This document shows positions 6,875 to 15,608 of a DNA stretch of 18,348 nt, in pieces; position 1 is the first letter of the stretch; each line of letters opens with the position of its first letter. The stretch is from the IMG/VR virus record IMGVR_UViG_3300045988_138873; one strand, 5' to 3'. The notes under the pieces were generated by a model. The model was not told where the DNA came from and made no database searches. It was given only the letters and a program-made list of their open reading frames with translations. Both the position numbers and the translations under genes were made by a program. This stretch comes from a virus.

Positions 6875-9800
6875 ACCCACAGAACGAATAAATTGAACAC
6901 CAAGGACACCGGCAGATACCGTGCCAAGCGTTCCAAGGCTCTTCGTGATTGTCTGGATAACGCCAGACATATCCGTCAAGAGGTCAATTACATTCTTAAT
7001 CGTTCGCGTATCATAAAGATTCTGAGCGACACCAACCCAAGTTTCTTTCAGCGCATTCAACTTGAATACGATGGAGTCTTGGGCACGCTCCAACTCTTTT
7101 GACGCGCTGCCAGCAGAACCGGCCATAGCGTCCATAGCGTTCTCTGCCTGCTTAAAGTTTGAGATAAGTGCCGCACCGACCTGGGCGCGTTGCTTGCCGA
7201 ATAGCTTTTCGAGCAACTGCGCTTGATTTTTATCGCTGATTTCATTCCAGATATCTGCAATATCTTTCAGAATATCATAAGTAGAACGATAAGTGTTTGG
7301 ATCGTCGGCCTCAAACAAGCTGATTCCCTGATTATTATTGCTTGCTACTTTCGTCAAGTTAGCAATATCGCCTGTGATTTCCTTGAGGTCATCAGAATAT
7401 GTTTCAGTTTCCTCGTCGTAACCTCTCAGGCGCATAGAAATCGTCTTCAAGGCATTGCCGACCTGCGAAGAATCTCTCGTAATCTCCGTAGCCGCAGTAG
7501 CCAACGCGACAGTCTGCTCAAACGTGTTATTGGCCGCAGCCATTGCGGATGACGATCTAGTAAGTGAATCAACAATATCAGCATTCGATACAGCAAAATT
7601 GTTGCCGACTTCGTTTATCTTAGAAATAATTCCGTCAAGAGAATCGTTAACGTCCAACTCCTTGAACGCCTTCAGCATACTGACAAGACCATCAGTTGCC
7701 TCGGGCAAATCAAGATCTTCAGACACCGCAGAGAAAATAGCAGAGTTCCGTGACAACGTAGACGCCTCGTCAAGCGAGTACCCCAGACGTGCCCAGTCTG
7801 CTGTCTGCTGAATGATGTCCTTTGTAGACGCACCGAGTTCCTTAGCAGTCTGGTTCGCCGTATAATAGAAACTGCGATACTGCTCTTCCGTCGCATCAGT
7901 CGTTTTCTTCAGGTCAATAAGCGCATTATCGAGGTCTTTAACAACATCGAATCCCTCTCTGAGCGTTTGCCACGTCTTAAAGATAATAGTTGTTGCGCCA
8001 ATCCACTGAGAAACCTTAGCGAGGTTGTTCTTGAAAACATCACCAAGTGATAGTGTATCTTTACCAGCAGCTTTAACCTCAGCGCGGAATGCGCTTAACT
8101 GTGCTTTCCACTTTGAGAAATCGGCTTGGCTGTTTACACGGCCAAGACTGACTTTCAACTGGTTGAGTTGCGCGTTAAGACCGGGGTCGTTTTTAAGCGC
8201 GCTCCACTTTGTTTCAATCGTGATTAGGTCTTGCTTCGCTTTGGCAAGCCCAGACTCAAAACGAGAATCGGCAACATCAAGCCTCGACAATTTTTCGAAA
8301 TGCATTACCTCGGACGTGCAATCCTCTAAAATTTGACGGAGCTTTTCATAAGCGGCTATTTTGCCTTGGTCATCTAGCTTGCCACCGTTAACTGCTTTAA
8401 GTTGCCTGTCCAATTCTGCGATATTTCCAGCGAGTTCTTTTGACGGATTCCCAAGAGCAGAAAACCGTGCCTGAAGTTCCGCAACCTTTTGCGGCATAGA
8501 TGCCATCTCTTTATTGATAGACGCAACAGCATCTTTTACGCGGCCTTCTGCAACAGCAAGCTCATAGTTTTGCTGAATAGCTCTCTCGTCGTGTTGCGAA
8601 CGTGCCTTGGCGGCAGCAACCACTTCAGGCATGAGATGAGATTGGATTCTGATCTCTTGCGTGATTTTCGATTGCTCGGCCTCAACACGAGCCAGCTCAG
8701 CCGCCATGGTCTGATACTCTTCAGTCCCCTGACTCGTGCTGAACATTTTCTTTCTTATTTGTGTGGCTCTGCCACGAGCAGAAAGCAAGGAATTATATTT
8801 CTGAACGACACCTTCAACCTGAGCATCAAAGCTCTTGACCTCAGCACTCAAAGTGCTAAATTGATTAAGATATTTTGTCAGTGCCGCGCCGTCTGAAGCG
8901 CCGCTCAACTCGTTATGAAGTTTATCAATTCGAGCTGCAAAGTCTTGCGTAAGATTTCCTACATTTGAAAGTTTCGTTCTATAGGCATCTAACTTAGACA
9001 ATTCCTCATCACGAATAGTCACGACGTCTTTCGTGCGCAACTTTGTCGGAGCGCGCTCTAGCGTGCGGTATGCCTCACCAAGCGCTTTTGCATTTGCAAT
9101 GAGTTCAACAATCTCTCTTTGCTGATCTCCACTTAGCGCACCATTTTCCGCTTTAAGTGCAGCGATTTTATTGTTGATTTCTGTGACTTTCTCTCCGAAC
9201 GATTCAAGCCTAGACTGGTCAACAATCGGCTTCTGTGAACTCTCTCCGGTATAAGACGCATTGATTTTATTGATTTCGATTTGCTGTTTTGATAGAAAAT
9301 TCAAGCGAGACTGGTTGTCTTTTTCAGTTTGTCGTGCCAACGCAGCCGCAGACTTGCGCTGTCGCTCCAAATCTAGCGTAATATTTGTTGTTGTTGTGCT
9401 AATTTCCTTTGTCTGCTCGTCATATGTCTGAAAATACGAAACTACTTTGCCCGCTTGATCTTTACCTTGGATTGTGAGATTTAATAGATTTCTAGCTCCA
9501 TCTACGGACTTCTCCCATTTGCCACTCACTCTGTCGATACGAATACCCATCTGGTCAATCTGCTCGACCATGCTATTCGTAATAGACGGATCAACATGCA
9601 AATTATTTAGTTCCGCTTGTAATTTAGTGATGGAATTTTGATCTAAACCTAGTTGAACGCCGACTTTATTGGCGGCGACCTTTTGATTGATTTTTTGTAC
9701 AAACGCACCTGCTTGCGCGCTAACTGCGCTATCATCAAGCGCGATTCCGACTTTAATTTTACTCGACTGATTTACCTTGTCGGAGATGCTTGGCAGTTGT

Positions 9801-9877
9801 GCCGCTATTCGTCTTGATGACGCTTCTTCATCTGCCTCAAGCACACTTGTTACAACAACTTCCAATTCATCGCTCAT
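6875..9877 (-). CDS. Phage tail tape-measure protein (TP901-type core domain), exon 1; the track ORF runs on to 6800 by reading into the intron
   Basis: RBS GGTGGTG 5 nt before ATG 9877. Roughly 600 aa of coiled coil, then ...ADWARLGYSLDEASTLSRNSAIFSAVSEDL...VGNNFAVSNADIVDSLTRSSSAMAAANNTFEQTVALATAATEITRDSSQVGNALKTISMRLRG, typical of the tape-measure core domain, then the Gly-rich hydrophobic segment LGTLGTVSAGVLGV. Confidence 0.85.
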
Positions 9878-9892
9878 TAAATCACCACCTTA

Positions 9893-10438
9893 TTAGAAAA
9901 ATAAATCGTCTAGATTTTCATCAGAGTTGCCAGTTATTCTCGACTTGACACCTTGACGCTTTAGACCATTTTGCAGAGCCAAAACATGAGAGCCAACGTA
10001 TCGAAGATGACGAATCGTCGCCTCAGTAAACGGCCTTGGGTTCATATATGCGCCTTTAGACTGAAAATTATATTTATAGCCCCAACGGTTGTTATTGCCA
10101 TACTCAATTAGTTCCGGCAGACTTTTACCAACCGTAACCCGATCTCGATTAAGCACACCTCCCGGATTGGGATCAGCTATATTGATAACGCGCAACACAC
10201 CATTCGTGGCCTTTCCGCCTTTCATTATGATGTTTCCCTTATCAGCAAGACCACCCATGTCGCCACGTCGCTCGTACATGAGAGGTCTATATGTATCGTA
10301 GACCTTTTCATCGATGGAGAATGCTTCTACATCTACGACAACCTGATATACCTCTCTGGAAAGCGCGGAGTCAATTTTAGGTTTTAATTGCTTATTTGCA
10401 TAAGCAAGCGCATCTTTGATATTCGTAGCACCCACCAC
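9893..10438 (-). CDS. Putative phage structural/assembly protein (181 aa)
   Basis: Immediately upstream of the tape measure, with the stop 13 nt before the tape-measure RBS. No confident family. GTG start embedded in AAGGTGGTG, so the exact start is uncertain. Confidence 0.45.
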   Translation of the reverse strand: MVGATNIKDALAYANKQLKPKIDSALSREVYQVVVDVEAFSIDEKVYDTYRPLMYERRGDMGGLADKGNIIMKGGKATNGVLRVINIADPNPGGVLNRDRVTVGKSLPELIEYGNNNRWGYKYNFQSKGAYMNPRPFTEATIRHLRYVGSHVLALQNGLKRQGVKSRITGNSDENLDDLFF

Positions 10439-10454
10439 CTTATGTTAAAAATGT

Positions 10455-10476
10455 GGGAGCGCCTTATGGCGCTCCC
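10455..10476 (-). terminator. Terminator-like hairpin in the GC-rich spacer
   Basis: GGGAGCGCC-N4-GGCGCTCCC, followed on the minus strand by ACATTTTTAAC. Confidence 0.5.
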
Positions 10477-10568
10477 GTTGCAAGGCTGCACTTGTATGCC
10501 GCACGCAGTCGGGCGGCAATCGTAAGCAAGTCGCACTCTTATTGGCCGCTGGCGACAGGCGGCAGTTG

Positions 10569-11216
10569 TTATTCAGATTCCTCCGCTTTGTACAGACGAA
10601 GCATTGCGTCCGCCACACCTTCAGCATCAACACCATGTGTTAGCTCAGACAGTTTGCCAGCATACGCAAGCAGTTCTTCTGTGTCCACGCTATCCACTTT
10701 GTCAACAAGGGACTCAACAAAACGACGTGCACCACTAACAATGGCAGACAAGTCGCCAGTCACGCCGTTATTGGCCAGATTACGTGCACGACGATATTCC
10801 GCAGCATTGTCACAAAGGCCATACAGATACCAAATGAAGCCGCAAAAATCATCCGTTGATTCGTCACTCTCAAGCGAAAGCGCATCATACAGCTCGTCCA
10901 TCGCGTCGATGTCAAGTAATTTTTCGCCATCATCACCAGCAGCTCCGCGAATCGGAATCGGCGGCACGTTAGTCATCATCTGAAGCACGGTTGCGTGGAA
11001 CATCGGGTCGAAATACTCAGGCCGGAAATTGCCACTGTCATCAAAGCATCCGGCAAGAACGCGACTGATAAAAGCCGACTGCTCCGCGCATGACAGGCTC
11101 GTGCGCACTTCAACATCAAACTCCGCACCATCAAATTCGTAGTGTACTTTGACATACTTCGGAACTTCTTTTGTTTTCATATATTTCTTCATAGTATCTA
11201 CAGAAAGTTTCTTCAT
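10569..11216 (-). CDS. Acidic 215-aa protein, possible tail assembly chaperone (assigned by position and composition)
   Basis: Strongly acidic C-terminal half, located two genes upstream of the tape measure. No motif-level evidence. Confidence 0.3.
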   Translation of the reverse strand: MKKLSVDTMKKYMKTKEVPKYVKVHYEFDGAEFDVEVRTSLSCAEQSAFISRVLAGCFDDSGNFRPEYFDPMFHATVLQMMTNVPPIPIRGAAGDDGEKLLDIDAMDELYDALSLESDESTDDFCGFIWYLYGLCDNAAEYRRARNLANNGVTGDLSAIVSGARRFVESLVDKVDSVDTEELLAYAGKLSELTHGVDAEGVADAMLRLYKAEESE

Positions 11217-11250
11217 ATATTAAAATTACCTCAACAATAGTTAGTTTTTT

Positions 11251-11976
11251 TTAATTCTTGTCGTACATCGCCGCAAAGTCAAAATCATCTGCGTGCTGGC
11301 TGACCCACCCGCGATAATTTTTCGTTAATTTGCAGACCGCAACACGTGAGTCACCATCGAACCAATCCATGTAACCGACAAACCCACTACGCTCAGGATT
11401 CGAGTAGAGGTCTATCTGACCGTCATGCCCAATGACGATAGTCTTGCAGTTGTCGTTAATTCGCGTCAGAACCTTTTTCAATTCGTCATAATAAAAGTTC
11501 TGCGACTCGTCGATGATAACCACCTTGTTTTCAAAGTTCACGCCGCGCAGAAATGTGTGCGTCACACACTCAATGTAAGCCATGCCGCATTTCTCGTTCT
11601 GACCACCATCCATGAATGCTGTATTCAGGTTAACCCCGATTTTATCAAGCGCCTGATAAAAAGGCTCGAAATACGGTTCAGACTTCTCTTCAATAGTACC
11701 TTTAAGATAGCCTTGTTTCTGCTCCTGCGTGGGCGCGGCAACGTACACGATGCCACTATACAAACTGTGCGCACAAAGCAGGTTCGCCGTAGCCGTAGCA
11801 ATCAGCGTCTTACCAGAACCGCTTTTCGCATTGCAAAACACAATACGCTTACTTTCATCCCAGATAGCATCGCGGAACGCTTCCTGATCTTTATCCAGCT
11901 TCAGCCCGTAAAAAGGATGCTCATTAAGCGTAATCGGAGCCTCGCCGATATTCATAGTCGTATTCTTCTTCGCCAT
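11251..11976 (-). CDS. phoH: PhoH-like ATPase
   Basis: Walker A NAKSGSGKT, Walker B VVIIDESQN, and PhoH-like segments EKSEPYFEPFYQAL, HTFLRGVNF and VIGHDGQIDL. The RBS GAGGT precedes ATG 11976. Confidence 0.8.
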   Translation of the reverse strand: MAKKNTTMNIGEAPITLNEHPFYGLKLDKDQEAFRDAIWDESKRIVFCNAKSGSGKTLIATATANLLCAHSLYSGIVYVAAPTQEQKQGYLKGTIEEKSEPYFEPFYQALDKIGVNLNTAFMDGGQNEKCGMAYIECVTHTFLRGVNFENKVVIIDESQNFYYDELKKVLTRINDNCKTIVIGHDGQIDLYSNPERSGFVGYMDWFDGDSRVAVCKLTKNYRGWVSQHADDFDFAAMYDKN

Positions 11977-11983
11977 ATCTACC

Positions 11984-12616
11984 TCAAATTAGGTCGATGT
12001 CTTCAATGATTTCATCCGCGACGTTGTAGCGAATCATCTCATCCGAGAACAAGAACCAATCACGACGATAATTACTGTCGTACAGATCGCCCGGAATACT
12101 CGTGTGCGTAATGATATAATCTCGAATACGCTTCTCAAGCCCTTTCGTGAACTCAAGGTTGTCCAACATCTTGCCTGTCGTACCGTAAATGCCAGACGAA
12201 CCATCGTGAATCAGGCAACTCGTATTCTTGAAAATGTACCGCGTATCACCTGCCATCAGGAGCAGACCACCGGCACTATACGCCTTGCCAAGCGCAATCG
12301 TAATAACGGGCGTCTTAGACAGCTCAATCATGTCAACAACGTTCATGATGGTATTGAGATCGCCGCCATCTGAGTTAATGAAAATCTTAATGGGCTTGCG
12401 TTCATCAACCGACTTGCCTTTGTCCTCGATGTTCCACTTGCGAATACACATCGACACATCAATCATACTTTCGTCAACATCGTCATTCCAAAGAATTTCA
12501 CGGTCTTTGAGGCGACGATAATATTCAAGCAGTCCGGGGTCTGGGAGCTGTTCTCAGAGAATGTTCTCTACATCGTCAAGACCCAACAGGTCAATGAAAT
12601 CGGCGGATTTTTTCAT
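11984..12616 (-). CDS. clpP: ClpP-family serine protease with an in-frame TGA at codon 21 (12556-12554)
   Basis: Triad contexts GKAYSAGG (Ser), CLIHDG (His), RRDWF (Asp), plus INSDGGD. The conserved fold extends upstream of the track's ATG (12466) through LLEYYRRLKDREILWNDDVDE. ATG 12616 has an AAGGAG RBS and overlaps the ruvC stop as ATGA. Confidence 0.75.
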
Positions 12617-13167
12617 AAAGTTTTCTCCTTGATTTTAATAGGAATGTTGTTTACTACATACCAGCCGATACAACACGCGTCGGCCAGATTGTCGTTCTCA
12701 GTCTCAATGCCAAACAAGTCGTTTACAGCCTGTATGGAAAGAACTTTAGACTGCTTCTTGTGCGTAGCACTTTCCAATTGCTTGACTTTGGCTTTGATCT
12801 CTTTCTCACTTCTGCCACGTGCCATGCAGTAGTTCTGCCACTGCGACGGTTGAACCAAATCATAAAGGTATTCATTTTTCTCTGCGAGATTGATGAGTAC
12901 ACCCTGCAACTGTGCGAGTCTCTTAAAGCCTTGTGCGTTTACACGCAACTGAATGTCCTCGTAGAAAACCGCATCAATTCCTTGCGTGTTCATGATATTT
13001 TCTATCAGTACCTCGATATTTCTAACCGCCTTCGGAAATGTATATTTTTTGTTGTCAAACGACCATGTGCCATGCCCAATCAGTTCTTTTGACTCGTAAT
13101 TAAACATCGCCCATGCCCCATGACGCGCTTGGTCTACCGCCAAAATCTTTATCGTATTCACCACCAA
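12613..13167 (-). CDS. ruvC: RuvC-like Holliday-junction resolvase
   Basis: Catalytic acidic motifs KILAVDQA, FYEDIQ and NDNLADACCIG in RuvC order. The start is uncertain: TTG/GTG within TTGGTGGTG. Confidence 0.7.
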   Translation of the reverse strand: MVVNTIKILAVDQARHGAWAMFNYESKELIGHGTWSFDNKKYTFPKAVRNIEVLIENIMNTQGIDAVFYEDIQLRVNAQGFKRLAQLQGVLINLAEKNEYLYDLVQPSQWQNYCMARGRSEKEIKAKVKQLESATHKKQSKVLSIQAVNDLFGIETENDNLADACCIGWYVVNNIPIKIKEKTL

Positions 13168-13183
13168 TCTGAAAGTTCAGAAA

Positions 13184-13207
13184 AAGGGAGGACATTCGTC
13201 CTCCCTT
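13184..13207 (-). terminator. Intrinsic terminator
   Basis: AAGGGAGGAC-GAAT-GTCCTCCCTT followed by a T-run (TTTTTCTG) on the minus strand. Confidence 0.75.
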
Positions 13208-13214
13208 CCTTAAC

Positions 13215-13559
13215 TTAATCCGTCTTTGCCTCAACATCATGAGCCGATTTATCATCAATGACACCAAGTTCAACGGTAGTGCGCATTTTCTTCGCCTTGT
13301 CAGCGTTATTTTTCTCGTAGATTTCGTCCAGCAGAATTTCTACAGTCGGTTCATACACACTCGTGTGCATAAAATCTACGCCGCGCTTGCGCAGTGCGCG
13401 GTACGCTTTCTTGGCATCACGATCATACTCGTATGTCATCAGCGTAGTGAAAATGTAGTAGTGGTCTGCGGTGTCAGTATGGACGCGCCAGCTACGCTGC
13501 TTCTCGCACGAGTAACACGTCTCGTAGACAGCGCCGCAGACCTTGCAACGTCTCTGCAT
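13215..13559 (-). CDS. Hypothetical protein with an N-terminal zinc ribbon (114 aa)
   Basis: CKVCG...CYSCEK at the N-terminus. The RBS GGAGAA precedes ATG 13559. Confidence 0.6.
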   Translation of the reverse strand: MQRRCKVCGAVYETCYSCEKQRSWRVHTDTADHYYIFTTLMTYEYDRDAKKAYRALRKRGVDFMHTSVYEPTVEILLDEIYEKNNADKAKKMRTTVELGVIDDKSAHDVEAKTD

Positions 13560-13573
13560 AATTTGTTCTCCGA

Positions 13574-14338
13574 TTACTTATTAAAGAGGACGTAGCACAG
13601 TTCCTCATCGTCAGAGCAGTAATCCTTCAGAGCGCTGAAGGAGAACGGGTGCGTGCCCTCAGTAGTCAGGTCGATAGAGAAGTTGTTATCAATCTTGGCC
13701 TTCGGGAACACGATGGAACCGGCACGCTTGACAGAAGCATTGCAGACATCGCAAGCAAGAATATCGACGATGTACTCAGCGGCCTCAGCATGATTCTCCG
13801 AGCCATCCGTGACCTTGATTGCATCTTCGGCCTCGTACTCATAAAGCACACCAATCTGAGTGCCTTCAAAAGCAGTGGGCAGCGTGATAACAGCCTCAGC
13901 GATAGAAGCCTTATCCGTGCCAGAGCCAACTTCGATGGTAGACTCAATGTTCTTGTCCGAAGTGATCTTGTAAACGACAGTCGGAGCAACCTTCGGCTTA
14001 TGCGTCATGGTGGCCTTTCCGCCATCAACCTTCAGGATCTCAAAGGTCTTGCCAGTAACCTTGGCAGTGCTAGAGCCAACCTGCACCTCAGTGCCGAGCT
14101 GCGCGGCCATCATCGGCATCGACAGCAGAGAACCCTCGCCAGAGAAGTTCACCCCCTTAGCGGTATCAAAACGAGCGATAAGCACGCCCTGAGCATCGGT
14201 CTTGTCAGTGGACTCGCCGGTGAACTCGATGGACGGACTCTCGATGCTGGTAAGCGTCCAGTCAACAAGGCCAGTCTCAAGATTGACCTGAGTCACACGA
14301 CGCACTTTATCAATAACGAAGGTGTTCGCGTTGAACAT
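13574..14338 (-). CDS. Putative major tail (tail tube) protein
   Basis: 254-aa beta-rich ORF. Its N-terminal pattern (VDWTLTSIESPSIEFTGESTDKTDAQGVLIARFDTAKGVNFSGE) resembles siphovirus major tail proteins by eye. Has an RBS and is followed by a structural gene context. Confidence 0.45.
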   Translation of the reverse strand: MFNANTFVIDKVRRVTQVNLETGLVDWTLTSIESPSIEFTGESTDKTDAQGVLIARFDTAKGVNFSGEGSLLSMPMMAAQLGTEVQVGSSTAKVTGKTFEILKVDGGKATMTHKPKVAPTVVYKITSDKNIESTIEVGSGTDKASIAEAVITLPTAFEGTQIGVLYEYEAEDAIKVTDGSENHAEAAEYIVDILACDVCNASVKRAGSIVFPKAKIDNNFSIDLTTEGTHPFSFSALKDYCSDDEELCYVLFNK

Positions 14339-14374
14339 AATATCTCATCCTTTCAAACACAAAATTAAGGAGAA

Positions 14375-15100
14375 CTATTTCAGTTCTCCCATCCAGTTAA
14401 ATTCTTCTTTTTTTATCTTTTTCACTTCTACACAGCCGCTATAAACGCCATGCATAAGATTGTCGTAGTTAACACGCTTTTGAATCCGTCGCACAGAGTC
14501 CATGAACGCACCAATCGGCAACGTCCAGACATCATCATGCCGGTACTTGAACTCAGCGCAATTCGTCAGCGATGAAATTAAAGGCAATAAAAAAGAACTG
14601 TACGGCTTCCTAGCCGCCAGTTCCCGTTCATCCTTTTCATCTTCTATCATTGCGTCTTTTGTGAAATCATCGTATCCGACATCGACGTTCTTTTCAAAGC
14701 AGTGCATTTTTCGCAGAGCATCCGTAATTAAAAAGTGGATCGCCCGGTCAATTACCACGCCATCTTTGTTCCTCAACACAATTTCTTTTGTATTCGGATT
14801 GATGGCTGGCACAAATGACGCCCAGTCCAAATCACCAAACAAAATGCTCATATCTGATTCACGAAACGCAAACGACAACTGTACGAATAACTCAAACTCA
14901 TCAACAGCATCCCAATAGATGCCCAGATTCTCATAAATATCTACTTTGTGGTCAGCAGGTGTGGAGCAAATCGACCGAACTAGACCGAAATATTCTTTTT
15001 CGCCGTAGTCGCTGATTTCACCGAGCGTCGGTTGATGAAGCGTTATCTTTGAGTTGATTTCGTAGTCGCCGCCACGAAAGATTTTAAGATCGTCCGTCAC
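14375..15100 (-). CDS. Hypothetical phage protein (241 aa)
   Basis: GTG start overlaps the upstream stop as GTGA (15097-15100), with GGAGGG 10 nt upstream. No recognisable motif. Confidence 0.5.
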   Translation of the reverse strand: MTDDLKIFRGGDYEINSKITLHQPTLGEISDYGEKEYFGLVRSICSTPADHKVDIYENLGIYWDAVDEFELFVQLSFAFRESDMSILFGDLDWASFVPAINPNTKEIVLRNKDGVVIDRAIHFLITDALRKMHCFEKNVDVGYDDFTKDAMIEDEKDERELAARKPYSSFLLPLISSLTNCAEFKYRHDDVWTLPIGAFMDSVRRIQKRVNYDNLMHGVYSGCVEVKKIKKEEFNWMGELK

Positions 15101-15594
15101 AGAAGTTCTGCCCTCCGGTTTATCTCATGAGTGGTAAACGGAATTTCCCAGCCGTAATAGCCGTTGTTGAACTGTACCTCTTCTGCCACTCCGATTTTAA
15201 TGCCGCCATAACCAAACAGCGGTGTATCGCCGTTATTAAGAATCTGGTCGATTTCGTCTGCAAGCAAATCCGCCCGCGACCCTTGAAGTAAATCAATCTG
15301 GTCTTGGTTGCAAATTACATAAACGATAATCGCCACTTCTTTTACGACGTCCGTATCAGCATAAACCACGCGACTGCGCATCGTGATATAATTCCCATCC
15401 ACAGTTGTCGTGTCTGGGATATAGAAGTGCGTCTTTACGAGCTTTGCCGCAGGACTCTTACTGCCCAGCTTAACATGGTCGAAATTTGCCACGTTATTGC
15501 CAGTATTGACAAGCAGGTCACACACCTTTTGATTTTTCAAAATCGCCTCACGCAATTTCTGCTTCTGTTGGATCATTGCATCAAAATGCGGCAT
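15097..15594 (-). CDS. Putative head-tail joining / tail completion protein (165 aa from ATG 15594)
   Basis: The RBS AGGGAGGTG lies 6 nt before ATG 15594. Assigned from size and position upstream of the tail-tube-like gene only. Confidence 0.35.
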   Translation of the reverse strand: MPHFDAMIQQKQKLREAILKNQKVCDLLVNTGNNVANFDHVKLGSKSPAAKLVKTHFYIPDTTTVDGNYITMRSRVVYADTDVVKEVAIIVYVICNQDQIDLLQGSRADLLADEIDQILNNGDTPLFGYGGIKIGVAEEVQFNNGYYGWEIPFTTHEINRRAELL

Positions 15595-15608
15595 CGCACG
15601 CACCTCCC

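Noticed and set aside
6396-6880. Retron msr/msd, DGR template, HEARO/omega RNA or group II intron as the identity of the structured region
   Set aside because: The window has no reverse transcriptase, IscB or maturase ORF. There is no GUGYG 5' end or domain V-like motif. The P/Q/R/S order and the P1 U:G fit a group I intron better.
6287-7102. Plus-strand ORFs 6287-6595, 6651-6854 and 6731-7102
   Set aside because: They are antisense to the second ribozyme and to the tape-measure 3' end. They have no RBS, and their Ser/Cys/His/Arg-rich translations are typical of antisense reading of GC-rich structured RNA.
9893-11216. Programmed -1 frameshift (gpG/gpGT-type tail chaperone pair) between the 215-aa and 181-aa ORFs
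   Set aside because: The ORFs are separated by a 130-nt spacer with stops in all frames and a terminator-like hairpin, and I saw no overlapping frame or slippery heptamer.
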